Shown: positions 38,767-48,380 of the stretch, piece after piece
Layout: every line of letters begins with the position of its first letter
How positions within the stretch are numbered: position 1 is the stretch's first letter
Source of the DNA: Longimicrobiaceae bacterium
GTDB lineage: Bacteria; Gemmatimonadota; Gemmatimonadetes; Longimicrobiales; Longimicrobiaceae
Length of the DNA: 64,000 nucleotides
Assembly (NCBI GenBank): GCA_035936415.1
Contig: DASYWD010000015.1
Span: forward strand, 156 to 64,155
Direction: 5' to 3'
Notes under the pieces: model-generated
Told to the model about the DNA's origin: nothing
Databases searched by the model: none
What the model saw: the letters and a program-made list of their open reading frames with translations, nothing else
Program-made: the position numbers and the translations under genes

Positions 38767-41034
38767 CTACTTCCGGGTGACGATCCGCATCCCGTTGGGA
38801 GCCGTCCCCGGCTTCACCTCCGCCGGCCTGGCAGGCGTCTTCGCGTTCCCACCTTCGCGCTTCCCGCCTTCGCGCCGCGGCCCTCCGCCGGCGCCGCCCT
38901 GCCCCGACCCGGACTTCATGCTGAGGGCGATCCGGTTCCGCGGCACGTCCACCGAGAGGACGCGGACCGTCACCCGGTCGCCCACCTTCGCCGCGTCGTT
39001 GGGGTCCCGGACGAAGCGGTCGGACAGCTCGGACACGTGCACCAGCCCGTCCTGGTGGACGCCCACGTCCACGAAGGCGCCGAACGCCACCACGTTGGTG
39101 ACCGTCCCCTGCAGCACCATCCCGGGCTTGAGGTCGGCCACGGTCTGCACGTCGTCGCGGAAGGCGGGCGCCTCGAACGCGCTGCGCGGGTCGCGCCCCG
39201 GCTTCCGCAGCTCCGCGAGGATGTCCTCCAGCGTGGGGAGCCCCACCCCGTCGCCCACGTACTTCCGGGGCTCGATGCGCCGGATCGCCTCCTCGTTCCC
39301 CACCAGCGAGCCCAGCCCCACCCCGATGTCCCGGGCGATGGTCTCCACCAGCGCGTAGCGCTCCGGGTGCACCGCCGAGCCGTCCAGCGGGTGCTCCCCG
39401 CCGCGGACGCGGAGGAAGCCGCCCGCCTGCTCGAAGGTCTTCGGACCCAGCCCCTGCACGCCGAGGATCTGCTTCCGCGAGCGGAACGCCCCCTGCAGGT
39501 CGCGCGTCTCCACGATCCGCTGCGCCAGCGACGGGCCGATCCCCGCCACGTAGGAGAGGAGCGAGGGGGACGCGGTGTTCACCTCGACGCCCACCCGGTT
39601 CACCGCGCTCTCCACCGTCTCGTCCAGCCGCCGCTTGAGGCGGGTCTGGGAGACGTCGTGCTGGTACTGCCCCACGCCGATGGACTTGGGGTCGATCTTC
39701 ACCAGCTCGGCCAGCGGGTCCTGCAGCCGCCGCGCGATGGAGACCGCCGAGCGCATGGTGAGGTCCAGCTCCGGGAACTCCTCGCGCGCCAGGTCGGACG
39801 CGGAGTAGACGGAGGCCCCCGCCTCGTTCACCATCACCACGGTGGGCCGCGCCTCCGCCGGGAGGTCGCGAACGACGGCGCGCAGCAGCGCGTCCGTCTC
39901 CCGGCTAGCCGTGCCGTTCCCCACCGCCACCAGCTCCACGCCGTGCTCCTGTATGATCCTCGCCAGGTCGCGCTTCGCGCGGTCCTCCTGGTGGAGGTAG
40001 ACGTGCCCGGTAGCGAGCAGCGCCCCCGTGGGCCCCACCACGGCCAGCTTGCACCCGGTGCGGTATCCCGGGTCCACCCCGAGCACGGTCTTCTCCCCGG
40101 CGGGGGAGGCCAGGAGGAGCGCCTCCAGGTTCTGCCCGAAGATGACGATGGCCTCCTCGTCCGCGCGGGTCTTCAGCTCCATGCGCAGCTCCACCTCCAC
40201 CGACGGCGCGATCAGCCGCCGGTACGCGTCCTCCACCGCCAGCCGCATCTGCTCCGGCGCGCGACTGGGGGCGACGAAGCGCTGCGCCAGCCCGGCCCCG
40301 ATCTCCTCCTCCGGCGCCACGATCCGCGCCACCAGGAACTCCTCCGCCTCGCCTCGCCGGATGGCGAGGACGCGGTGCCCGGGGAGCTGCTTCACGGGCT
40401 GCGAGAAGTCGTAGTAGTCCTGGAACTTGGAGGTCTCGCCCTCCTTGCCGCGCGCCGCCCTGCTCTCCAGCACGCCGCGCTCCCGGGTCCGCTCGCGCAC
40501 GAAGGCGCGGGCCGCCGCGTCGTCCGCCACGCGCTCGGCCACCACGTCGCGCGCCCCGGCGAGTGCGTCCTCCGCCGTCGGCACCTCCTTCGCCGGGTCC
40601 ACGAAGGCCGCCGCCGCCACCAGCAGCCCCGCGTCCGTGCTCTCCCCCGCCCAGAGCAGGTCGGCGAGCGGCTCCAGCCCCCGCTCCACCGCGATGGTGG
40701 CGCGCGTGCGGCGCTTCGGCTTGAAGGGGCGGTACAGGTCCTCCAGCGCCGCCTTGGTGTCCGCCCGCTCGATGGCCGCCCGCAGCTCCGGCGTCAGCTT
40801 TCCCTGCTCCTCCACCGACTGCAGGATGGCGCGGCGCCGGTCGTCCAGCTCGGACAGGTACTCGTGGCGGTCGCGCACGTCGCGGATCTGCACCTCGTCC
40901 AGCTCGCCCGTGGCCTCCTTCCGGTACCGGGCGATGAACGGGACGGTGTTCCCCTCCCCGAGCAGCTCCAGCGCGGCCCGGACCTGCGGCACGCGGAGCC
41001 CGAGCTCCGCGGCGATCTTTTCTGCGTACGACAT
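38767..41034 (-). CDS. tex: Tex-like RNA-binding transcription accessory protein
   Basis: N-terminal VPFIARYRKEATG, YqgF/RuvX-like and HhH regions, C-terminal S1 domain (GMVLQGTVTNVVAFGAFVDVG) plus a basic tail. Confidence 0.9.
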   Translation of the reverse strand: MSYAEKIAAELGLRVPQVRAALELLGEGNTVPFIARYRKEATGELDEVQIRDVRDRHEYLSELDDRRRAILQSVEEQGKLTPELRAAIERADTKAALEDLYRPFKPKRRTRATIAVERGLEPLADLLWAGESTDAGLLVAAAAFVDPAKEVPTAEDALAGARDVVAERVADDAAARAFVRERTRERGVLESRAARGKEGETSKFQDYYDFSQPVKQLPGHRVLAIRRGEAEEFLVARIVAPEEEIGAGLAQRFVAPSRAPEQMRLAVEDAYRRLIAPSVEVELRMELKTRADEEAIVIFGQNLEALLLASPAGEKTVLGVDPGYRTGCKLAVVGPTGALLATGHVYLHQEDRAKRDLARIIQEHGVELVAVGNGTASRETDALLRAVVRDLPAEARPTVVMVNEAGASVYSASDLAREEFPELDLTMRSAVSIARRLQDPLAELVKIDPKSIGVGQYQHDVSQTRLKRRLDETVESAVNRVGVEVNTASPSLLSYVAGIGPSLAQRIVETRDLQGAFRSRKQILGVQGLGPKTFEQAGGFLRVRGGEHPLDGSAVHPERYALVETIARDIGVGLGSLVGNEEAIRRIEPRKYVGDGVGLPTLEDILAELRKPGRDPRSAFEAPAFRDDVQTVADLKPGMVLQGTVTNVVAFGAFVDVGVHQDGLVHVSELSDRFVRDPNDAAKVGDRVTVRVLSVDVPRNRIALSMKSGSGQGGAGGGPRREGGKREGGNAKTPARPAEVKPGTAPNGMRIVTRK

Positions 41035-41039
41035 CGGGA

Positions 41040-41075
41040 GTGCGAAAGTGCGAGGTGCGATGTGCGAAGTGCGAC
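41040..41075 (-). repeat. Five tandem heptamers (TCGCACN) immediately upstream of the tex start codon
   Basis: The minus strand reads GTCGCAC TTCGCAC ATCGCAC CTCGCAC TTTCGCAC TCCCG ATG. The array occupies most of the 55-nt gap between genes. Confidence 0.75.
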
Positions 41076-41089
41076 AGCGGGCCCCCGGC

Positions 41090-41512
41090 TCAGTCGTCGG
41101 CGGCGGTGTTGAGGGCGTGGTGGTGGGTTCCGTACCACGCGCCGAAGACCGCGGCGCCGATCTGGAGGAGGAGCGAGGCGGCGGCGACGGTCGGGCTGAG
41201 GCCGGTCCACCCCGCCACGTCCAGGAGGCTGGCGAGCAGGTTGGCGAAGAACCAGACGACCAGCGAGAAGAGGCCGATCCCCACCCCGTGGAGCACCGGG
41301 GCGGTCCCCGTGCGCCAGCCCACCAGCCACCCTCCGGAGAAGAAGCCCACCAGGACCGCCAGGAGCACCCACCCGCCCCCCGAGTCGGCCGCCGGGTCGA
41401 GGATCCCTACGGAGGCGAGGACCACCAGCGCCAGACCGACGACGGCGGCGGCGGCGAACCAGCCGAAGGCGATCCACGAGGGGCGGACGTTCTGCAGGTG
41501 CTCGGTATGCAT
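41090..41512 (-). CDS. Small integral membrane protein (140 aa, 4 TM)
   Basis: ATG at 41512. Four hydrophobic segments rich in G/W/F. The rest of the 386-aa track ORF is shadow over rnhB. Confidence 0.6.
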   Translation of the reverse strand: MHTEHLQNVRPSWIAFGWFAAAAVVGLALVVLASVGILDPAADSGGGWVLLAVLVGFFSGGWLVGWRTGTAPVLHGVGIGLFSLVVWFFANLLASLLDVAGWTGLSPTVAAASLLLQIGAAVFGAWYGTHHHALNTAADD

Positions 41513-41517
41513 TCTGG

Positions 41518-42168
41518 TCAGGTTCGTTGCGATGTGAGCTGCACCGGCGCGAACGAGCGGCGGTGGTGGGGCGTGGGGCCGAACCGGGCGAGCGCCTCCA
41601 GGTGCTCGGGGGTGCCGTACCCCTTGTTCCGCTCCCAGCCGTACTGCGGATAGCGCGCGGCGAGGCGGGCCATGAGGCGGTCGCGCACCACCTTGGCGAG
41701 GATGGACGCGCACGAGATGCAGTGCACCCTGTGGTCCCCCTCCACCACCGCCGTCTGCGCCTTCAGCCCCAGCTCCGGGACCGGGAGCCCGTCCACCAGG
41801 AGGTGGTCGGGGCGCACCGGGAGCCGCGCCAGCGCCCGTTGCATGGCGAGTGCCGTCGCGCGGCGAACGTTGACGGCGTCGATCTCCCGCGCCGAGGCGG
41901 CCCCCACCGCGTAGGCCGTCGCGCACGAGCAGATCTCCCCCACCAGCGCCTCCCTCCGCGCCTCGGGAATCCGCTTGCTGTCGTCCGCCCCGTTTAGGCA
42001 GAGCCCCGCGGGGAGGATCACCGCCGCCGCAACCACCGGCCCCGCCAGCGGCCCCCGCCCCACCTCGTCCACCCCCGCCAGCACCGAAACGCCGCGGCTC
42101 CAGAACCCGCGCTCGATGGAGAGCGGATCCCGGAGCCGTTCGTCGTTTGCGCGACGTTTCTTCGCCAT
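41518..42168 (-). CDS. rnhB: Ribonuclease HII
   Basis: GVDEVGRGPLAGPVVAAAV and DSK catalytic motifs. Follows rplS, as in many bacteria. Confidence 0.9.
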   Translation of the reverse strand: MAKKRRANDERLRDPLSIERGFWSRGVSVLAGVDEVGRGPLAGPVVAAAVILPAGLCLNGADDSKRIPEARREALVGEICSCATAYAVGAASAREIDAVNVRRATALAMQRALARLPVRPDHLLVDGLPVPELGLKAQTAVVEGDHRVHCISCASILAKVVRDRLMARLAARYPQYGWERNKGYGTPEHLEALARFGPTPHHRRSFAPVQLTSQRT

Positions 42169-42334
42169 CCCCGTCGTTGCCGTTGCCGTTCAAACCCCGG
42201 CGTGAACGTGACGGCGAAGGAAAATCGCGTGAATCAAGGCGCCCGAGCACGGCGACTGAGGCGTGGTCGTTTCACGCCGCAGGGAGCCGCGCGCAGGGCA
42301 ACGCAGAGTCACGCGATTTACCGAGCCGCTTACC

Positions 42335-42682
42335 TTACCGGGTGCGGAGCTCTTTGATGCGGGCAGCCTTCCCGCGCAGCGCGCGGAGGTAGTACAGCTT
42401 CGCCCGGCGGACGCGGCCCTGACGGACGCGCTCGATGGAGGCGATCATCGGGGAGTGCAGCGGGAAGGTGCGCTCCACGCCGACGCCGCCGGAGATCTTG
42501 CGGACCTTGAAGGTCTCGGAGATCCCGCCGTGCTTGCGGGCGATGCAGATGCCCTCGAACGCCTGGATGCGCTCCTTGTCGCCCTCGCGGACGCGGACGT
42601 TGACGCGGAGCGTGTCACCCGGACGGAACTCGGGGACGTCCGTCCGCATGTACTCCTGCTGGGTCTCGATGAACGCGTGCAT
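42335..42682 (-). CDS. rplS: 50S ribosomal protein L19
   Basis: ATG at 42682. [32 protein letters not shown]... Confidence 0.95.
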   Translation of the reverse strand: MHAFIETQQEYMRTDVPEFRPGDTLRVNVRVREGDKERIQAFEGICIARKHGGISETFKVRKISGGVGVERTFPLHSPMIASIERVRQGRVRRAKLYYLRALRGKAARIKELRTR

Positions 42683-42759
42683 TGTATGGCCCTCGGTGTT
42701 CGAAAAGTGGAGAGGTTGAGCCGGCGCTCCGCGCATCCGCGGGGGCTCGACGCCCAACG

Positions 42760-43461
42760 TCAACTGTGTTCCAGGCGCTCCCACAGCTCGGGGCGCCGCT
42801 CGCGCGTCAGGCGCTCGGCCTGCTCGCGCCGCCAGGCCTCGATCCTGGCGTGGTCGCCCGAGAGCAGGACCTCGGGGACCTTCATCCCGCGGAACTCCGC
42901 GGGCCGGGTGTACGAGGGCGGACTGAGCAGCCCCTCGTAGAACGAATCCGTGGACGCGGACTCGTGGTCCGACATCGCGCCCGGGAGGAGGCGGACCACG
43001 GCGTCCACGATCGCGAGCGCCGCGAACTCGCCGCCGGAAAGGACGAAGTCCCCCAGGGAGACTTCCTCCGCCCCCAGCCCCTCCGGGACCCGCTGGTCCA
43101 CGTCCTTGTAGTGCCCGCACAGGAGCGTCAGCTCCGGCTCCACGGCGAGGCGGACCGCGTCCTCGTGCGTGAAGCGCTTCCCCCGCGCGGACATGAGCAG
43201 GACCTTCCCCCGCGGCCGCTCCTCCCCCGGAGGGGCGAGCGACTCCACCGCCTCGAAGAAGGGGCCCGGCTTCATCACCATCCCGGCCCCCCCGCCGAAC
43301 GGGTAGTCGTCGGTGGTGCGATGCCGGTCGTGGGTGAAGTCCCGCAGGTTCACGAAGTCGTACTCCACCAGCCCCGCCGCCGCGGCCCGCCCGGGGATGC
43401 TGAGCCCCAGGGGCCCGCGGAAGAACTCCGGGAAGAGCGTGACCAGGTGGATCCGCATCAA
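42760..43461 (-). CDS. trmD: tRNA (guanine37-N1)-methyltransferase TrmD
   Basis: [13 protein letters not shown]..., [30 protein letters not shown] overlap with rimM. Confidence 0.95.
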   Translation of the reverse strand: MMRIHLVTLFPEFFRGPLGLSIPGRAAAAGLVEYDFVNLRDFTHDRHRTTDDYPFGGGAGMVMKPGPFFEAVESLAPPGEERPRGKVLLMSARGKRFTHEDAVRLAVEPELTLLCGHYKDVDQRVPEGLGAEEVSLGDFVLSGGEFAALAIVDAVVRLLPGAMSDHESASTDSFYEGLLSPPSYTRPAEFRGMKVPEVLLSGDHARIEAWRREQAERLTRERRPELWERLEHS

Positions 43462-43994
43462 AGATCCAGCAGGCCGGCCGGCGGGTCGATCTCCAGCTCC
43501 CGCGCCTCGACGTCCACGCGGCGCACCATCTCCCGCACGAAGGGAAGCATCAGCTCCCGCTTCCCGGGACGGGCCACCCCCAGGAGGTGGCCGGAGGGCG
43601 CCTCGTACACGTCGCGCACGGTGCCGACCTCCTCGCCGTCGGCCACCACCTTCATCCCGACCAGGTGGTGGAAGAAGACCTCGCCCTCTTCCAGCGGCGC
43701 GGCGTCCGCGGCGGGGATGAGGAGCGAGCTGCCGCGCAGCGCCTCCACCTCCTCCGTACGCGAGGAGAGCCCCGCGGCCTTGAGCAGGAACCCGCCCTTG
43801 AAGGGCCGGGCCCGCTCCACCGTCAGCGAGCCGCCCGCCGGCTTTCCTTCCGCGTCGCCCAGGAGGAGGACGCGCCCCTCGGTGAACACCGCGTCGGGGC
43901 GGTCCGTCTCGACCCGCACGAACAGCTCGCCGCGGATCCCGTGCGGCTTCTGCACCGTACCGACCGCGAGGAACTCCGGCTCGCTCCCGGCCAT
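43458..43994 (-). CDS. rimM: 16S rRNA processing protein RimM
   Basis: [15 protein letters not shown]-terminus, PRC-barrel C-terminus. Synteny rpsP-rimM-trmD. Confidence 0.85.
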   Translation of the reverse strand: MAGSEPEFLAVGTVQKPHGIRGELFVRVETDRPDAVFTEGRVLLLGDAEGKPAGGSLTVERARPFKGGFLLKAAGLSSRTEEVEALRGSSLLIPAADAAPLEEGEVFFHHLVGMKVVADGEEVGTVRDVYEAPSGHLLGVARPGKRELMLPFVREMVRRVDVEARELEIDPPAGLLDL

Positions 43995-44017
43995 CGGGAT
44001 GCTCCGCGGGACGCGGG

Positions 44018-44506
44018 TCAGCCCTGCGGCTGCTCGCCCTCGGCGGGCGCCGCGGGGGCCTCGGCCGGAGCGGCCTCCTCGTCGCCGCCGGTCACCCGCT
44101 CCGCGACCGCCTCGGCGGCGTCACGGACCGTCTCCACCACCGCGGAGGCCGCGCTGGCGGCGGTCTCGGCCACGGCGGACGCCGCGCCCTTCACGGCGTC
44201 GGCGGCCCGGTCGGCCGCGCCGCTCACCGCCTCCGTGGCGGTCTCCACCACCGACGGCGCGTCGCTGTAGACGCCGGCCTTCTTGAAGAGCGACTGCACC
44301 GTGTCGGTGGGCGTCGCGCCCCTGCCGAGCCAGGAGAGCGCCAGGTCCCGGTTCACGACCAGGGTGGCGGGGTTGGTGGTCGGGTTGTAGTGCCCGACGT
44401 TGGCCACGAAGCGGCCGTCGCGCGGGAACGAGCTCTCGGCGACCACGATGCGGTAGTGCGGGGCCTTCTTCCGGCCCATGCGGCGGAGGCGGATCTTCAG
44501 CGCCAT
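44018..44506 (-). CDS. rpsP: 30S ribosomal protein S16 with an Ala-rich C-terminal extension of about 75 aa
   Basis: [23 protein letters not shown]... core, then a low-complexity A/E/T/V extension. Confidence 0.9.
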   Translation of the reverse strand: MALKIRLRRMGRKKAPHYRIVVAESSFPRDGRFVANVGHYNPTTNPATLVVNRDLALSWLGRGATPTDTVQSLFKKAGVYSDAPSVVETATEAVSGAADRAADAVKGAASAVAETAASAASAVVETVRDAAEAVAERVTGGDEEAAPAEAPAAPAEGEQPQG

Positions 44507-44585
44507 TCCTGGACTCCTGGTGTTGAACGGGTGGCGTCCTGCGCCGCCGGCTCCTCGGCCGGCCCACGGTGCGCGGACGATCTAG

Positions 44586-44655
44586 AAAACCAGTGCGAAG
44601 TGCGAAGTGCCAAGTGCGATCGTAGTTTCGCACCTCGTACCTCGCACTTCGCACT
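44586..44655 (-). terminator. Long hairpin built from inverted heptamer arrays, followed by a U-run; likely the ffh terminator / rpsP upstream element
   Basis: Arms 44592-44619 and 44627-44655 give 28 paired positions with 2 mismatches and 2 G-U pairs, loop 7 nt. The minus strand continues GGUUUUCUAGA. Confidence 0.65.
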
Positions 44656-44657
44656 CC

Positions 44658-46022
<1,365 letters not shown>

Positions 46023-46108
46023 GGTGCCGTGCCGGGACGCGGGAAATCGCAAACGCCAAAGCCGGCGCCCGTCGGGAACTCGCCCGAGGCGCCGAAGCAG
46101 AGCCTTGT

Positions 46109-46137
46109 AATATAGATCCGCCGCGCGGTTCGTACAA
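46109..46137 (-). promoter_or_regulatory. Sigma-70-like promoter candidate for ffh
   Basis: The minus strand reads TTGTAC - 17 nt - TATATT, about 85 nt upstream of the ffh start, in a locally AT-richer patch. Confidence 0.5.
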
Positions 46138-46212
46138 CCCTGCGCCCAGCGGCCGGACGCGCGGCGGGGCGGACCCGGAGGCCCGCCCCGCCGGCTCACT
46201 CCGCCCGCCGCG

Positions 46213-48141
46213 CTACCGCGGCCAGCCGGTGTAGTGGTTGGCCTGTGCCTGTACGCTCCCGCTGCCGGGTAGTGTGCTCAGCGCCACCGGGCCCGACCAG
46301 ACGCTCGCCGCATTCCAGTTGGGTGCACCGTTCAGCATGGGCACCGTCCGGTGCCACCCCTGGTCGCCGCGCCAGAACGACTGCATCAGCGCGGATCCGC
46401 TGGTGTAGACGATCTCGTCCTGTGCCTGAACGGTTCCGGAGCCCGGGAGGGTGCTCAGCGCCACCGGGCCCGACCAGGCGCTTGCGGCTCCCCAGTTGGG
46501 TTCGCCGTTCAGCATGGGCACCGTCCGGTACCACCCCTGGCCACCGCGCCAGATGGCCTGCATGAGCGTGGACCCGTTCGGGTACACGAAGTCGCTCTGT
46601 GCCTGGTAGCTCCCCGAGCCGGGAAGGGTCCCGATGCCGACAGGGGCCGACCAGCCGCTCGATCCCCACCAGTCGACCTCCCCGCCGGGGTTGCGGTTGA
46701 TGATGCGCCAGTACCCGGTGTCCGTGCGCCACACGCTCTCCATCATGCGCCGGCTCGGCCAGGTGACGATGTCGTACGCCTGGATGGATCCGGAGCCGGG
46801 GAGGCCGTTCGGGACCCACTCCTCGGTCCATCCCCTGGCGGAGCCCCACTGCAGCGTGCCGTCGGAGGCGACGGGGACCCGCCGGGTGTATTTGCGGTTG
46901 CTGCGCCAGATCGCCTGCACCAGCTTCACGGGGAAATCGCTTCCGCCGTTGCGGCGGTCCAGCGCCCCGGCCCATCGTGCCCACAGGTCCTTGTACTGCA
47001 GGAGCCGGTTCTGCTCGCACGGCCCGAACACGTGGTCGCCGCTCCCCCAGTCCGCGCCTCCGATCGCGGGACAGCTGAACTGCACCCCCCACTGCAGGAT
47101 GGCATCCACCCCGCGGTTGTTGTACATGTCGGAGTAATAGTTCGCCACCAGCGAAAAGTCCGTGCGCGCCGCCTCGATCCCGAACTCCTCGATCACCACC
47201 GGCTTGCGCGGGTTGAACCAGTTGTTCGCGCGCCAGATGTCGTCCTTCTCGGCGCTGTTCGGGGGGTTGTTGTACTCGTGGACCACGATGTAGTCGATGT
47301 TCGGGTCCTCGTAGAGCTGGCGCCGCTGCGTGTCGTTGAGGCCGGCCCATCCCGTGCTGATGATCCCGGTGGTGACCAGGTGGTTCGGGTCGGCCGCCTT
47401 GATCGTCGCGGCCATGTCCCGGTAGAAGGCCACCAGCCTCCCGGTGATCCAGGCGCTGTGGCTGGCGCTGACCCCCAGGTTTCCGTTCACCTCGTTGGCG
47501 ATGTCCCAGGCGAAGACGCCCGGGTGGCTCTTGAAACGGGAGGTCACCGCCCAGGCCAGGTCCTTGTAGCTCCCGAGCCCGCTCCCGTTGCCGGCGTACC
47601 CCCAGTCGATCCAGCGGTCGTCGAGCATGAAGGCCCCGTTCCCGAGGGCGCGGGTGTAGAAGGGGCGGTCGCCGTAGGCCACGAGCTTCCCCCCGTTCCC
47701 CAGGCTGGCCCAGACGTCCTGGAAGTAGTTGTGCGTGAGCGCCACCGTGATCCGGATGTCGCGGCGAATCGCCTCGTCCAGGACGAACTGGAGCCGTCCG
47801 ACGATCCCCGACGGGTTGAAGTTGTTTCCGGCCATCCCGTCGTTCGGCAGGAATACCCTTACCTGCCGGACCCCGGCACCTTCCAGGTGGTCGAGCGTGT
47901 ACCGGATCTGGTCGTTGGTCTGGTAGAGCAGCTGCGGGGCGTTGACCCCCACGTGCTTGAACGGCTTGCCGTTCAGGTAGAAGTCGGCGTTCTGGACGTA
48001 TACGAAGTTGGGCTGTACCACCGTGCCCCGCCGCGGCGACTCCTCCGGAACGACTTCGGGCGTGGTGACCGCCGCGCGTTCGGAGCAGCCGCCCACCAGC
48101 ACTACGGCCACTGCGGTCATCGTACTGCGGAACCTGCGCAT
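46213..48141 (-). CDS. Lipoprotein glycoside hydrolase family 5 (clan GH-A), with four C-terminal 59-aa Trp-rich repeats
   Basis: Lipobox VLVGGC. Acid/base WDIANEVNG and nucleophile VVIEEFG motifs. C-terminal LPGSGS.QAQ...W.G.QGW.RTVPMLNG.PNW.AAS.WSGPV repeats. Confidence 0.8.
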   Translation of the reverse strand: MRRFRSTMTAVAVVLVGGCSERAAVTTPEVVPEESPRRGTVVQPNFVYVQNADFYLNGKPFKHVGVNAPQLLYQTNDQIRYTLDHLEGAGVRQVRVFLPNDGMAGNNFNPSGIVGRLQFVLDEAIRRDIRITVALTHNYFQDVWASLGNGGKLVAYGDRPFYTRALGNGAFMLDDRWIDWGYAGNGSGLGSYKDLAWAVTSRFKSHPGVFAWDIANEVNGNLGVSASHSAWITGRLVAFYRDMAATIKAADPNHLVTTGIISTGWAGLNDTQRRQLYEDPNIDYIVVHEYNNPPNSAEKDDIWRANNWFNPRKPVVIEEFGIEAARTDFSLVANYYSDMYNNRGVDAILQWGVQFSCPAIGGADWGSGDHVFGPCEQNRLLQYKDLWARWAGALDRRNGGSDFPVKLVQAIWRSNRKYTRRVPVASDGTLQWGSARGWTEEWVPNGLPGSGSIQAYDIVTWPSRRMMESVWRTDTGYWRIINRNPGGEVDWWGSSGWSAPVGIGTLPGSGSYQAQSDFVYPNGSTLMQAIWRGGQGWYRTVPMLNGEPNWGAASAWSGPVALSTLPGSGTVQAQDEIVYTSGSALMQSFWRGDQGWHRTVPMLNGAPNWNAASVWSGPVALSTLPGSGSVQAQANHYTGWPR

Positions 48142-48362
48142 GCGATCCTCCTCGTTGGGCGGGTACGTGGCCGCGGACCGGGTCCCGGCGTCCGGCGGGC
48201 CTGGGGGCGGGATGCCTGACGGAGCCGGACCCGCACGGGGCGGGAGCGCTCGCCGTCACCCCCTCGCAAGCTACCCCGTGCCTCCGCAGTGCGCGTCTAT
48301 CCAAAGATGGATTCGCGGACCCGGAGGTCCGCCCCACGGCTGTACCGCTCCACGGCCTTCAT

Positions 48363-48380
48363 GTCGCACCCCCGTGCGAC
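48363..48380. repeat. Mini-palindrome GTCGCAC-CCCC-GTGCGAC using the heptamer core
   Basis: Immediately downstream of the LuxR-family gene stop at 48381. Same GTCGCAC core as the tandem arrays. Confidence 0.5.

Noticed and set aside
41040-41075. Heptamer arrays as a CRISPR array or degenerate CRISPR
   Set aside because: The units are 7-8 nt and directly abutting with no spacers, there are at most five copies, and no cas genes are present.
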